DNA of 64,000 nt from Actinomycetota bacterium (GTDB lineage Bacteria > Actinomycetota > UBA4738 > CALAEC01): assembly GCA_050692915.1 (NCBI GenBank), contig JBOGVU010000001.1, positions 12,490-76,489 on the forward strand, read 5' to 3'. Shown here piece after piece: positions 27,955 through 36,700 of the stretch. How positions within the stretch are numbered: position 1 is the first letter of the stretch; every line of letters begins with the position of its first letter. The position numbers were made by a program, and so were the translations under genes. Under the pieces are notes generated by a model. It searched no databases. It was not told the origin of the DNA and saw nothing but the letters and a program-made list of their open reading frames with translations.

Positions 27955-29040
27955 ATGAGGGTTGAAACGCTCGTGGGTCGCCCGGCCCACATCGTCGCCG
28001 CACTGGTGGCAGTGCTCGTTTGGACGCTTCCCACAGCGGCCGTGGCAGCGCCCCCGCCTAACGACGCGTTCGCCGCCCGCACCACGATCGCCGCCCTTCC
28101 CTACACGGACACCCAATCCACCCTCGAGGCCACCGAGGAGCCGGGCGAGCCGTCGACCGATTGCGGCCCCATGGGGAAGACGATCTGGTACCAGTTCACC
28201 CCCGGATCGGACATGGTCCTGTCGGCCTCGATGTCGGGGAGCGACTTCGACACCCTGCTGGCCGTGTGGACCGGGCCGTCGTTGGGGTCCCTCACTGAGG
28301 TCGGCTGCGTGGACTTCGGCTCGGTCGTCTTCGCTGCCCAGGCGGGGACGCCATATCTGTTTCAGGCCGGTGGCTGGGTCGACTCTGCGGGCTCCGCCAA
28401 CGTTCGGCTCCGGGAGACCGAGGCCGGGGTGATCTCGGGGACCGTGACCGAAGACGGCACGGGGACGCCGCTGGCCGACATCTGCGTGGACGCCGTGGAC
28501 GCTGACTTCCTTACGCGCACCTTCCACCGCACCGATGCGGCGGGCGTGTTTCGAGCGGCGGTACGCCCCGGGGTCTACGTGATCGTGTTCTACGACTGGT
28601 GCGACGATCTGAACGATCACCGAACGGAGGTGTTCGACGACAAGCCCTTCTTCAGCCTGGCGGACGAGGTGACCGTGAGCGGTTCGACGACCGTTTCGGG
28701 GGTGGACGCCGGTCTGGCGCGGGCCTGCTCCTTCTACGGCGATTACACACAGCCCCAGTACGTGGGGACCGATGGGCCGGACGTGTTCGTCGGCACCGAC
28801 GAGCCGGAGATCTTCTGCGGCCTCGGCGGCAAGGACGTGATCCGTGGCGGGGGAGCCCGGGATCGGATCCTCGGGGGGCCCGGCCCGGACCGGCTGTCCG
28901 GGGGTGCCGGCAGCGACTACATCTTCGGTGAGAAGGGAGCCGACCGCCTCGCCGGCGGTGCGGACAGGGACTACTGCAGCGGGGGCAAGGGCAAGGATCG
29001 AGCGAACCGCTCCTGCGAGCGGACCCGCAGCATCCCGTAG
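27955..29040 (+). CDS. secreted protein with C-terminal RTX (hemolysin-type Ca2+-binding) repeats
   Basis: Signal peptide (LVAVLVWTLPTAAVAAPP), beta-sandwich region, repeats GGKDVIRGGGARDRILGGPGPDRLSGGAGSDYIFGEKGADRLAGGADRDY. Confidence 0.7.
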   Translation: MRVETLVGRPAHIVAALVAVLVWTLPTAAVAAPPPNDAFAARTTIAALPYTDTQSTLEATEEPGEPSTDCGPMGKTIWYQFTPGSDMVLSASMSGSDFDTLLAVWTGPSLGSLTEVGCVDFGSVVFAAQAGTPYLFQAGGWVDSAGSANVRLRETEAGVISGTVTEDGTGTPLADICVDAVDADFLTRTFHRTDAAGVFRAAVRPGVYVIVFYDWCDDLNDHRTEVFDDKPFFSLADEVTVSGSTTVSGVDAGLARACSFYGDYTQPQYVGTDGPDVFVGTDEPEIFCGLGGKDVIRGGGARDRILGGPGPDRLSGGAGSDYIFGEKGADRLAGGADRDYCSGGKGKDRANRSCERTRSIP

Positions 29041-29053
29041 GGCGCCGACTCCG

Positions 29054-30568
29054 CTAGCTCGCCGAGCCGCCCGAGCCGAACAGCGTGCCCCACCAGGGGT
29101 GCTTGTCGCGGCCTCCGGCCAGGTCGACGTGGATGTGCTTCGACTCCCGGTACTCGTCGAACCCGAGCTTCCCGTGCTCGCGGCCGATCCCCGACTGCTT
29201 GTAGCCTCCGAACGGATACCGCGGGTTGATCATGTGGTAGTCGTTGATCCACACGGTCCCGGTCCGGAGCCGCTCGGCGATCGACACGGCCCGCGGCACG
29301 TCCGCGGACCACACCGCCCCGGCGAGGCCGTAGATCGAGTCGTTCGCCAGTCGGACCACCTCGTCGTCGTCCTCGAAGGGGATCACCGCAAGGACCGGGC
29401 CGAAGATCTCCTCCTGGGCCACCTTCATCGAGTTGTCGACGCCGGTGAGGATCGTGGGCCGGTAGTAGAATCCGCCGTCGTGGCCTTCGACCACGGCCCG
29501 CTCGCCGCCCACGGCCACCTCGGCGCCCTCGGACCGGCCGATCTCCACGTACCGCTCCACCGTGTCGAGCTGGCTCTGGGCCACCACCGGGCCTAGGTCC
29601 GAGTCCGCGTGCAGCGCGGGGCCTACCCGCAGGTCCTCCGCCCGCTTCACCATGGCCGGGAGGAAGTCGTCGAGGATCGACCGCTGGACGAACAGCCGGG
29701 TCCCCGCCGAGCACACCTGTCCCTGGTGGAAGAACACGCCCCATAGCGCGCCGTCGACGGCGTAGTCGAGGTCGGCGGCGTCGGTGACGATCGAGGGCGA
29801 CTTGCCGCCGAGCTCCAATGTCACTTTCTTCACGGTCCCGCTGGCCAGCTGCATGATCCGCCGCCCGACCTCGGTGGAGCCGGTGAACGCGATCTTGTCG
29901 ACGAGCGGCGAGACCACCAGCTCCTCGCCGGCGGCGGCGCCGGGCCCCGACAGCACGTTCACAACGCCCTCCGGGATCCCGGCTTCCTGGCAGATCTGTC
30001 CGAGCATCAGCGAGGTCAGCGGCGTGTACGAGGCCGGCTTCAGGATCACGGTGTTACCCGCGGCGATGGCCGGGGCGATCTTCCACGCGGCCATCTGAAG
30101 GGGGAAGTTCCACGGCGTGATGGCCGCGCACACGCCGATAGGCTCGCGCCGGAGGTAGTTGTACGAGATCGGGGTGCGGGGGAGGGGCTCTTCGTCGTCC
30201 TCCCGACCGGCCAGCTCGGCGTACACCCGGAACGTGGAGATGGCCATGCCGATGTCTGCGTTCGTGGCCTTCCGGATCGTGCCGCCGGAGTCGCGGGCCT
30301 CGGTCTCGGCCAGCCCCGACGCGGCCTTCTTGATCCCGTCGGCCACCGCCAGGAGGGCGGCGGCGCGCTCCCGCCCCTTCATCCGGGGCCACGGGCCCTG
30401 GTCGAACGCCGCCCGGGCGGCCTCGGTGGCCCGGCCGACATCCTCCTTGCCGGCCTTGGCCACCGTGGCGAAGACCTGACCCGTCGAGGGGTCGATCGAT
30501 TCGAACGTCTCGCCCGAGGCGGCCTCCGCCAGGTCGCCGCCGATCACGAGCCGGTTGGTCTCGGTCAT
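29054..30568 (-). CDS. NAD(P)+-dependent aldehyde dehydrogenase
   Basis: 504-aa tail from MTETNRLVIGG with AAGGAGGA SD. Catalytic FHQGQVCSAGTR, ELGGKSP, GSTEVG. Confidence 0.9.
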   Translation of the reverse strand: MTETNRLVIGGDLAEAASGETFESIDPSTGQVFATVAKAGKEDVGRATEAARAAFDQGPWPRMKGRERAAALLAVADGIKKAASGLAETEARDSGGTIRKATNADIGMAISTFRVYAELAGREDDEEPLPRTPISYNYLRREPIGVCAAITPWNFPLQMAAWKIAPAIAAGNTVILKPASYTPLTSLMLGQICQEAGIPEGVVNVLSGPGAAAGEELVVSPLVDKIAFTGSTEVGRRIMQLASGTVKKVTLELGGKSPSIVTDAADLDYAVDGALWGVFFHQGQVCSAGTRLFVQRSILDDFLPAMVKRAEDLRVGPALHADSDLGPVVAQSQLDTVERYVEIGRSEGAEVAVGGERAVVEGHDGGFYYRPTILTGVDNSMKVAQEEIFGPVLAVIPFEDDDEVVRLANDSIYGLAGAVWSADVPRAVSIAERLRTGTVWINDYHMINPRYPFGGYKQSGIGREHGKLGFDEYRESKHIHVDLAGGRDKHPWWGTLFGSGGSAS

Positions 30569-30606
30569 GGTCGGTCCTCCTTCTCGAGGAGAGTCTACGC
30601 GCCGGT

Positions 30607-32895
30607 CTACCCCTTGGCCGCGATCGATACGCGCTCCCGGTCGGGGGCCGTAAGCGTGGGCTCTTGTCCCTCGACCCGAACTCGAGGGAGCCACCCGAGC
30701 CACCGCGGCAGATACCAGTTCCAGTCCCCCAGGAGCCGCATCGAAGCGGGCACCAGGAGGCTCCGGACGATGGTGGCGTCCATGAACACCGCCACGGCCA
30801 GACCGAAGCCCATCTGCTGCAGGGGACCGAGCCGCCCGGCGGCGAACCCGGTGAACACCGCCACCATGATCAGGGCGGCGCCGGTGATGATCCCCGCCGT
30901 GGTCCGGAGGCCGTAGGCCACGGCCTCGGTGTTGTCGTGGGTCTTGTCGTACTCCTCGCGGATCCGCGACAGGAGGAACACGTGATAGTCCATCGACAGG
31001 CCGAACAGGATCGAGAACAGGAACAGCGGCAGCCACGCCTCGATCGCCGGGACCTGCTGGAACTGGAACCCCAGCGAGTTGAAGAACCCGATCCCCACGC
31101 CTTCCTGGAACACCAGGGTCACGGCCCCGTACGCGGCGGCCACCGACAGGAGGTTCATGATGATGGCCTTCACCGGCACCACGATCGACCGGAACACCAC
31201 GGTCAGGAGGACGAAGGACAGGCCCAGCACGAAGGCCAGGACGATCCACTGGTACCGGTCGGCCACGTCGAGGAAGTCGGTGAAGAACGCCGTGTTGCCG
31301 CCGACCAGGACCTCGACGCCGTCGGCGTCCTGGAAGGCCGCCGGGACCACCTCGGCCCGAAGGTCCCGGATCGCCTCGAAGGCGGCCTCGTTGGACGGAT
31401 CGCCGCGGAAGTACGCGTCGACCTCGACCGCGGTCCCGTCCTCGCTGGGTAGCACCTGGGTCTCCGCCGCGAAGACGTCCATGGCGGCCACGGCTTCCTG
31501 GAGCTCCCCGATGGCCGCCTGGGCGGCCGGGCTGTCCACGTCGCCGGTGATGACGATCCTGGCCGGGTCGGTCAGCCCGCCGGCGAACTCCCGCTGGAGC
31601 GTCAGGAAGGCCTGCTTCGATGGGAAGTCGTCGGGGAGCGTGCTGACGTTCTGCGAGGTGCCCCGGTTCAGCTGGAAGTAGAACGAGCCCAGGCCGCCGA
31701 GGATGGCCACCGCCAGGAGCAGGTACACCACCGGGCGGGCCATCACCCCGCGGCTGAGCCGGTCCCAGAACCCGCCCTTGGGGTCGTGGTCGGAGTCGGT
31801 CCGGGCCCGCTTGGCCAGCCGGGGCCAGTTGACCCGGTCGCCGAGCAGGCCCAGGATCGCCGGCAGCAGCGTCATCGATGCCGCCAGTGCGGCGATGGTC
31901 ACCAGGATGGCCCCCGCGCCCAGGCTCCGGAAGATCGACGCGGGGATGATGAACATCCCCAGCAGGGCCAACACCACGGTCAGGCCGCTGAAGAACACGG
32001 CCCGGTTCGCGGTGGCTCCCGAAGCCCCGATGGCCTCGAGCTTGTCGAAGCCCTTCTTCCGCTCCTCCCGGTACCGGGACACGATGAAAAGCGAGTAGTC
32101 GATGCCGACGGCCAGCCCGATCATGCTGATCATGTTCGTCACGAACAGGTTGAAGTCCGTGAGCTGGCCGATCAGCGATACCAGGCCGAGGGCCACGGCG
32201 ATAGCGAAGACCGCCATGACGATGGGGACCAGGGCCGCCACGATCGACGCGAACACCACGATGAGGACGATGAGGGCGATGGCCACCCCGATCGACTCGC
32301 CGCGACGGAGGTCCTCCTCGGCGATCTCCGAGAAGTCGGCGAACATCACGCCCTGACCGGCCACCTGGACGGTGAACCCTTCGGGCCCGGCCTCCTCGGC
32401 CACGGCCCGGAGATCCTCGATCGTGGACAGCTCCACGTCTACGAGCGGGACGCCGATCAGCGTGCCCCGTCCGTCCCGGGAGACCAGGCCGGCGGCCTGC
32501 TCGGGCGACTGCTCGGCGAGGTCGTAGTAGGTGAACGGCTGTCCGGCCAGGACTCCGCCGTTCACCTCGGAGATCTCCGCCTGGAGGTCCCGCACGGCGG
32601 TCTCGAAGGCCGGATCGTCGACGGTGAGGGACGCTGACTGGATGATGAAGAACTCGGTGCTGGCCACCTCGGTGCCTTCGGAGAACTTCTCGTCGATGAC
32701 CTCCTGTGCCCGAACCGACTCGGGGTTGTTGGTGAACTCGAACTCCTGGGTGAGGACGTCGCCGAGCAGCTGGCTGCTGACGAATCCCATGCTGGTGATG
32801 AGCACGACCCAGATGCCGAGCGTCCGCCACGGGTGACGGCTGCTGGCCCTGGCCAGGGCCTCGGGGTTGAGCTTCACGGTCCTGCCTCCCTCCAC
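30607..32895 (-). CDS. MMPL-family (RND superfamily) membrane transporter
   Basis: 762 aa, two 6-TM bundles with periplasmic loops, MMPL N-terminal LARASSRHPW. Confidence 0.9.
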   Translation of the reverse strand: MEGGRTVKLNPEALARASSRHPWRTLGIWVVLITSMGFVSSQLLGDVLTQEFEFTNNPESVRAQEVIDEKFSEGTEVASTEFFIIQSASLTVDDPAFETAVRDLQAEISEVNGGVLAGQPFTYYDLAEQSPEQAAGLVSRDGRGTLIGVPLVDVELSTIEDLRAVAEEAGPEGFTVQVAGQGVMFADFSEIAEEDLRRGESIGVAIALIVLIVVFASIVAALVPIVMAVFAIAVALGLVSLIGQLTDFNLFVTNMISMIGLAVGIDYSLFIVSRYREERKKGFDKLEAIGASGATANRAVFFSGLTVVLALLGMFIIPASIFRSLGAGAILVTIAALAASMTLLPAILGLLGDRVNWPRLAKRARTDSDHDPKGGFWDRLSRGVMARPVVYLLLAVAILGGLGSFYFQLNRGTSQNVSTLPDDFPSKQAFLTLQREFAGGLTDPARIVITGDVDSPAAQAAIGELQEAVAAMDVFAAETQVLPSEDGTAVEVDAYFRGDPSNEAAFEAIRDLRAEVVPAAFQDADGVEVLVGGNTAFFTDFLDVADRYQWIVLAFVLGLSFVLLTVVFRSIVVPVKAIIMNLLSVAAAYGAVTLVFQEGVGIGFFNSLGFQFQQVPAIEAWLPLFLFSILFGLSMDYHVFLLSRIREEYDKTHDNTEAVAYGLRTTAGIITGAALIMVAVFTGFAAGRLGPLQQMGFGLAVAVFMDATIVRSLLVPASMRLLGDWNWYLPRWLGWLPRVRVEGQEPTLTAPDRERVSIAAKG

Positions 32896-32903
32896 GTCTT
32901 TCG

Positions 32904-32949
32904 CTTACGGCATATGTTGACGCCGTAAGTTACAACGTGTACGGTGTAA
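32904..32949. promoter_or_regulatory. candidate TetR operator in the MMPL/TetR divergent promoter: perfect inverted repeat CTTACGGC-N10-GCCGTAAG plus adjacent TTACAACGTGTACGGTGTAA pseudo-palindrome
   Basis: Read directly in the 80-bp intergenic region: cttacggcatatgttgacgccgtaag then ttacaacgtgtacggtgtaa. Confidence 0.5.
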
Positions 32950-32975
32950 GTGTCAACCCCCCACGAGGTGAATGA

Positions 32976-33647
32976 TTGGCGAACCCACAGAAGGTCGCCG
33001 GCCCGCGCCGCGAGCGGCTGACCCGGGAGCGGGTCATCGGGGCGGCGGTCCGGGTCATGGACCAGGAGGGCCTGGACGCGCTGACCATGCGCCGGATCGG
33101 CCGAGAGCTCGGGGTCGAGGCCATGTCGCTGTACAACCACGTCCGCGATAAGGACGATATCCTCGACGGGATCTGCGAGCACGTCCTGGCCGGGTTCCAG
33201 GTTCCGGACGTGCAGGACTGGCCCGAGGCCGCTCGCCTCGGAGGCCGGGAGTACCGACGTCTGCTCCGCGACCACCCCGGCGTGATCACCCTCATGACCG
33301 AGCGGAAGAGCGCGTTCACGAACCCGGAGTCCCTCCGCGGCTACGAGTTCGCCCTGGACGTCTTCCACCGGGCCGGCCTCCGGGGCGCCGACGCGGTGAA
33401 GGCCTTCCACGCCTTCGGCGGCTACATCCTCGGGTTCGTGACCATGGAGCTGGGACTGAGGATCGGTGGGGATGACATTGGCGACGATATGGCCCACGAG
33501 CAGATGGCCCACCTGGCCGCCAGCGGCGACCTCCCTCGGCTCACCGAGGCCCTTCCGCACTTCATCGACTGCGACGACGACGAGCAGTTCGAGTTCGGCC
33601 TCGACCTCCTGATCGAGGGTCTCCGGGCCCGGGCCGCTTCGCGCTGA
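32976..33647 (+). CDS. TetR-family transcriptional regulator (divergent from MMPL)
   Basis: TTG start. HTH RERVIGAAVRVMDQEGLDALTMRRIGRELGVEAMSLYNHV, C-terminal TetR ligand domain. Confidence 0.8.
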   Translation: MANPQKVAGPRRERLTRERVIGAAVRVMDQEGLDALTMRRIGRELGVEAMSLYNHVRDKDDILDGICEHVLAGFQVPDVQDWPEAARLGGREYRRLLRDHPGVITLMTERKSAFTNPESLRGYEFALDVFHRAGLRGADAVKAFHAFGGYILGFVTMELGLRIGGDDIGDDMAHEQMAHLAASGDLPRLTEALPHFIDCDDDEQFEFGLDLLIEGLRARAASR

Positions 33648-33674
33648 TTCCTCGCCTCCCAGAGGGTCGGGACT

Positions 33675-34679
33675 TCAGCCCGTTCTCTTGTAGCGGGTGG
33701 CCCGATACTCGCCCACCCAGTTCCGCGTGCTGCGCCACCGTCCCTTCTCGTCCCGAAGGGCGCGAAGGCGGCCGCGCTCGGCGGCGGCCCTGAGCGCTCG
33801 GACGGAGATCTCGCGATCGGCGAGCGCCGCGATCGGGATGGGCCGGGCAGGTCCAGCCACGGCTGGCACGATGAACCTCATCAGCGTGTCCAGGATGGCC
33901 CGTGCCAAGAGCTCCCCGAGAGGGCCAGGATCGCCGCCGTCGGCGCGGCGAAGCGCCTTCAGGTATCGGGTCCGTTCCCCTTTGCGGATGATGGCTGGGG
34001 GGTAGCCGAGCCGGACGAGGAGGAGGTTGGTCAGGAGACGGCCAGTTCTGCCGTTGCCATCGAGGAATGGGTGGATCCGTTCGAACTCGGCGTGGACATT
34101 GGCCAAGGTCTCGGGAAAGGCGCCATCGGCTCGGCGAAGCGCAGAGGCTCGCCCGGCCCAGTCCCCGACACGGGCCGGGACTTCTGACCAATCGGGTGGC
34201 CGCATGCCGCCGGGAAACGGGTGGATGTTGTGCCTGCGGAACGAGCCGGGGCCTTCATCTGCCGCTGCATCAGGATGCGCTGCAACGTCCCACACCTTGG
34301 CCATCGCCAGGGTGTGAACGTTGCGAACCTCGGTCAGCGTGACGAGATCGCCTGTCGTCCAGTCACCGGGGGACACTCCCTGCTGGTAGACCCACTCGGC
34401 GGCGTCCGCGTACCCCCGTACCTCCATGTACTCGGCGAGCTGCTTCTCGCCAACGGCTCGGCCCTCGCGCAGAAGAATCTCGACCTCCCGGAGGACGAGC
34501 GTGTTGCCCTCGATGGCCGTCGAGTTGTGAGCTTCCTGGTACCAGATGTCACCCCAGATGTCCCCGGCCTCCAAGGGAGATGGCAGTCCGCCCAGCCTTG
34601 ATCGGAGTTCCTCAACGCTCTCGGCGAGCTGTGCATAGATCGCCTCGCGACTCTTCCGGCCAGGTCGATTCGTGACCAT
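33675..34679 (-). CDS. class II Fic-domain protein (putative AMPylase with N-terminal inhibitory helix)
   Basis: Fic motif HPFLDGNGRTGR (HxFx[DE]GNGRxxR). N-terminal STAIEG matching the inhibitory [ST]xxxE[GN] motif. Confidence 0.85.
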   Translation of the reverse strand: MVTNRPGRKSREAIYAQLAESVEELRSRLGGLPSPLEAGDIWGDIWYQEAHNSTAIEGNTLVLREVEILLREGRAVGEKQLAEYMEVRGYADAAEWVYQQGVSPGDWTTGDLVTLTEVRNVHTLAMAKVWDVAAHPDAAADEGPGSFRRHNIHPFPGGMRPPDWSEVPARVGDWAGRASALRRADGAFPETLANVHAEFERIHPFLDGNGRTGRLLTNLLLVRLGYPPAIIRKGERTRYLKALRRADGGDPGPLGELLARAILDTLMRFIVPAVAGPARPIPIAALADREISVRALRAAAERGRLRALRDEKGRWRSTRNWVGEYRATRYKRTG

Positions 34680-34699
34680 CAGGGCTTAGGCTACCATGA

Positions 34700-34836
34700 A
34701 GTTGTGTCGAAGTCTGGATAGGAATAGGCACGACACAAAAAGAGGGGTCACCGCGTGTGTCGGTTGGTCCGAGGAAATAGACACGACACAAAATCCGAGG
34801 GGCGAGTGGGGGGGTCCAAACGAGTGTTTGTTTGGT
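34700..34836. promoter_or_regulatory. operator/promoter array: 4 copies of TGTGTCG/CGACACA half-sites (two 17-bp direct repeats ATAG(G/A)CACGACACAAAA) plus palindrome CCAAACGAGTGTTTGTTTGG
   Basis: ttgtgtcga(34702), ataggcacgacacaaaa(34725), gtgtgtcgg(34755), atagacacgacacaaaa(34787), ccaaacgagtgtttgtttgg(34816), in the 160-bp Fic/TetR divergent intergenic region. Confidence 0.5.
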
Positions 34837-34839
34837 ACG

Positions 34840-35433
34840 ATGGTCGTCATGGCGGTGAGGACATCAGCGCAGACCCGAAGGGACCAGATCCTGGAGGAGG
34901 CCGCCCGCCTGTTCGGCCGGCGCGGGTACCACGCCACCTCGATGCGGGACATCGGGGGGGCCACCGGGATGCTCGCCGGGAGCCTGTACTCCCACATCTC
35001 GTCGAAGGAGGATCTCCTGAATGAGATCGTCCTCCGGGCGGCGAACCGGTTTCTCAGCGAGCTGAGCGCGATCTTGGCTGAGGACCTGACCTCGGAGGAG
35101 CGCCTGCGCAGGGCCATGCGGGCCCACGTGGCGGTGGTGGCGTCGAACGTGGACGCGGCCTGGGTGTTCCATCACGAGTGGAAGTCGCTGACGGGGGAGC
35201 GACGCGAGGAGGTCCGACGGCTCCGGCGGCGGTACGAGGGGCTGTGGGACGGGATCGTCCGCGAGCTGCCGGGGGCGGCGGATCCGCGGTTCGCCCGGCT
35301 GCTGGTGCTCTCCGCCGCGAACTGGACATATACCTGGTACCGGCCCGACGGGCCGCTGTCGCCCGACGAGGTGGCCGACCGTTTCACCGATCTCCTACTG
35401 GCCGGCCTGGGCACGAAGGAGGAGGAGCGATGA
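34840..35433 (+). CDS. TetR-family transcriptional regulator
   Basis: Start at MVVMAVRTSAQTRRDQILEEAARLFGRRGYHATSMRDIGGATGM (HTH). ATGA overlap with paaA. Confidence 0.8.
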   Translation: MVVMAVRTSAQTRRDQILEEAARLFGRRGYHATSMRDIGGATGMLAGSLYSHISSKEDLLNEIVLRAANRFLSELSAILAEDLTSEERLRRAMRAHVAVVASNVDAAWVFHHEWKSLTGERREEVRRLRRRYEGLWDGIVRELPGAADPRFARLLVLSAANWTYTWYRPDGPLSPDEVADRFTDLLLAGLGTKEEER

Positions 35434-36344
35434 GCTACGAGGAACAGGTGGCCCGGTTCAAGGCCCGCATCGACGCCGGGGAGAAGATCGAGGCGGGGGA
35501 GTGGATGCCCGACGAGTACCGGCAGTCCCTCCTGAAGTTCATCGAGATGCACGCGAACTCCGAGGTGATGGGCTGCCTTCCCGAGCGGGAATGGATCCCC
35601 CGGGCGCCCACGCTGCAGCGGAAGCTCTCGCTGACCGCGAAGGTCCAGGACGAGGCGGGGCACGCCCAGATCCTGTACCGGGTGGCCGAGGACCTCGGGA
35701 AGAGCCGGGACCACATGTGGGACGACCTGGTGAACGGCCGGACGAAGTTCCACAACGTGTTCCACTACCCGACCGAGTCGTGGGGCGACGTGGCGGTGAT
35801 CGGCTGGCTGATCGACGGCGCCGCGCTGGTGACCCAGAAGGCCCTCCTTGACTGCTCGTACCTCCCGTACGTCCGGGCCATGCGCCGGATCTGTCCCGAG
35901 GAGTCGGTGCACCTCCGCCACGGCGAGGAGCTCACCCTCGAGCTGGTGAGCGGCACGCCCGAGCAGCGGGAGATGTTCCAGGACGCCGTGAACCGGTGGT
36001 GGCGGCCGATCATGCACTTCTTCGGCCCGCCCTCCAAGCCCGACAAGGACGTCCTGCTGTACTGGGGCATCAAGACGAGGTCGAACGAGGACCTTCGCCA
36101 GGAGTTCTTCTCCACGTACGTGCCGAAGCTGTGGGACATCGGCATCTCGGTCCCCGACCCCGACCTGGCCTGGAACGAGGACAAGGGGGAGTGGGACTGG
36201 GGGGACCCGGGATGGGACGAGTTCTGGGAGGTCGTGAGGGGGAACGGCCCCCGGACCAAGGACCGCCTGGCCCGTCGCAAGGCGATCTGGGACCACCATG
36301 CCTGGGTCCGCGAGGTGTTCGCAGGCATCCCTCGGGCCGCGTAG
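35430..36344 (+). CDS. paaA: 1,2-phenylacetyl-CoA epoxidase subunit A
   Basis: AGGAGG SD. KFIEMHANSEVMGCLPEREWIPRAPTLQRKLSLTAKVQDEAGHAQILY, ferritin-like di-iron ligands (E...EAGH). Confidence 0.85.
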   Translation: MSYEEQVARFKARIDAGEKIEAGEWMPDEYRQSLLKFIEMHANSEVMGCLPEREWIPRAPTLQRKLSLTAKVQDEAGHAQILYRVAEDLGKSRDHMWDDLVNGRTKFHNVFHYPTESWGDVAVIGWLIDGAALVTQKALLDCSYLPYVRAMRRICPEESVHLRHGEELTLELVSGTPEQREMFQDAVNRWWRPIMHFFGPPSKPDKDVLLYWGIKTRSNEDLRQEFFSTYVPKLWDIGISVPDPDLAWNEDKGEWDWGDPGWDEFWEVVRGNGPRTKDRLARRKAIWDHHAWVREVFAGIPRAA

Positions 36345-36346
36345 CG

Positions 36347-36700
36347 ATGGCGATCTGGGACGTCCTGTCGCGGCGCCGCGAGACCGATCCCTGGGAGGTG
36401 GCCGGCTCGCTCAATGCCCCCGACCTCGACCTGGCCATGCTCCTGGCCCGGGAGACCCACTTCCGGCACGGTGAGGGGACCACGTTCGCGCTCCGGGCCC
36501 GCGGGGACGACCAGGTCCACGAGTGCCCCGACCCCGAGGGGCTCGGTGGAATCATCGGGAAGGAGTACCGGCGCCAGACAGGCTACGTCGGTGTCGGGGC
36601 CAAGCTGAAGCGGGTGCACGCCCTGATGGCCGAGCGGGGCATGGTCATCGACAGCCCTCGCCCTAAGCGTCACCGGCCCCGGGAGCGCGCCGATGCCTGA
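36347..36700 (+). CDS. paaB: 1,2-phenylacetyl-CoA epoxidase subunit B
   Basis: 117 aa, MAIWDVLSRRRETDPWEVAGSLNAPDLDLAMLLARETHFRHGEGTTFAL matches the PaaB family. Confidence 0.8.
   Translation: MAIWDVLSRRRETDPWEVAGSLNAPDLDLAMLLARETHFRHGEGTTFALRARGDDQVHECPDPEGLGGIIGKEYRRQTGYVGVGAKLKRVHALMAERGMVIDSPRPKRHRPRERADA

Noticed and set aside
27646-28620. ORF 27646-28620(-) and small ORFs 27670-27873, 27740-27958
   Set aside because: Antisense of the RTX-repeat protein or low-complexity Arg/Gly sequences in the 314-bp leader.
30569-32830. Upstream 750 aa of track ORF 29054-32830(-)
   Set aside because: Off-frame overlap of the MMPL gene. Only the C-terminal 504 aa (ALDH) is genuine.
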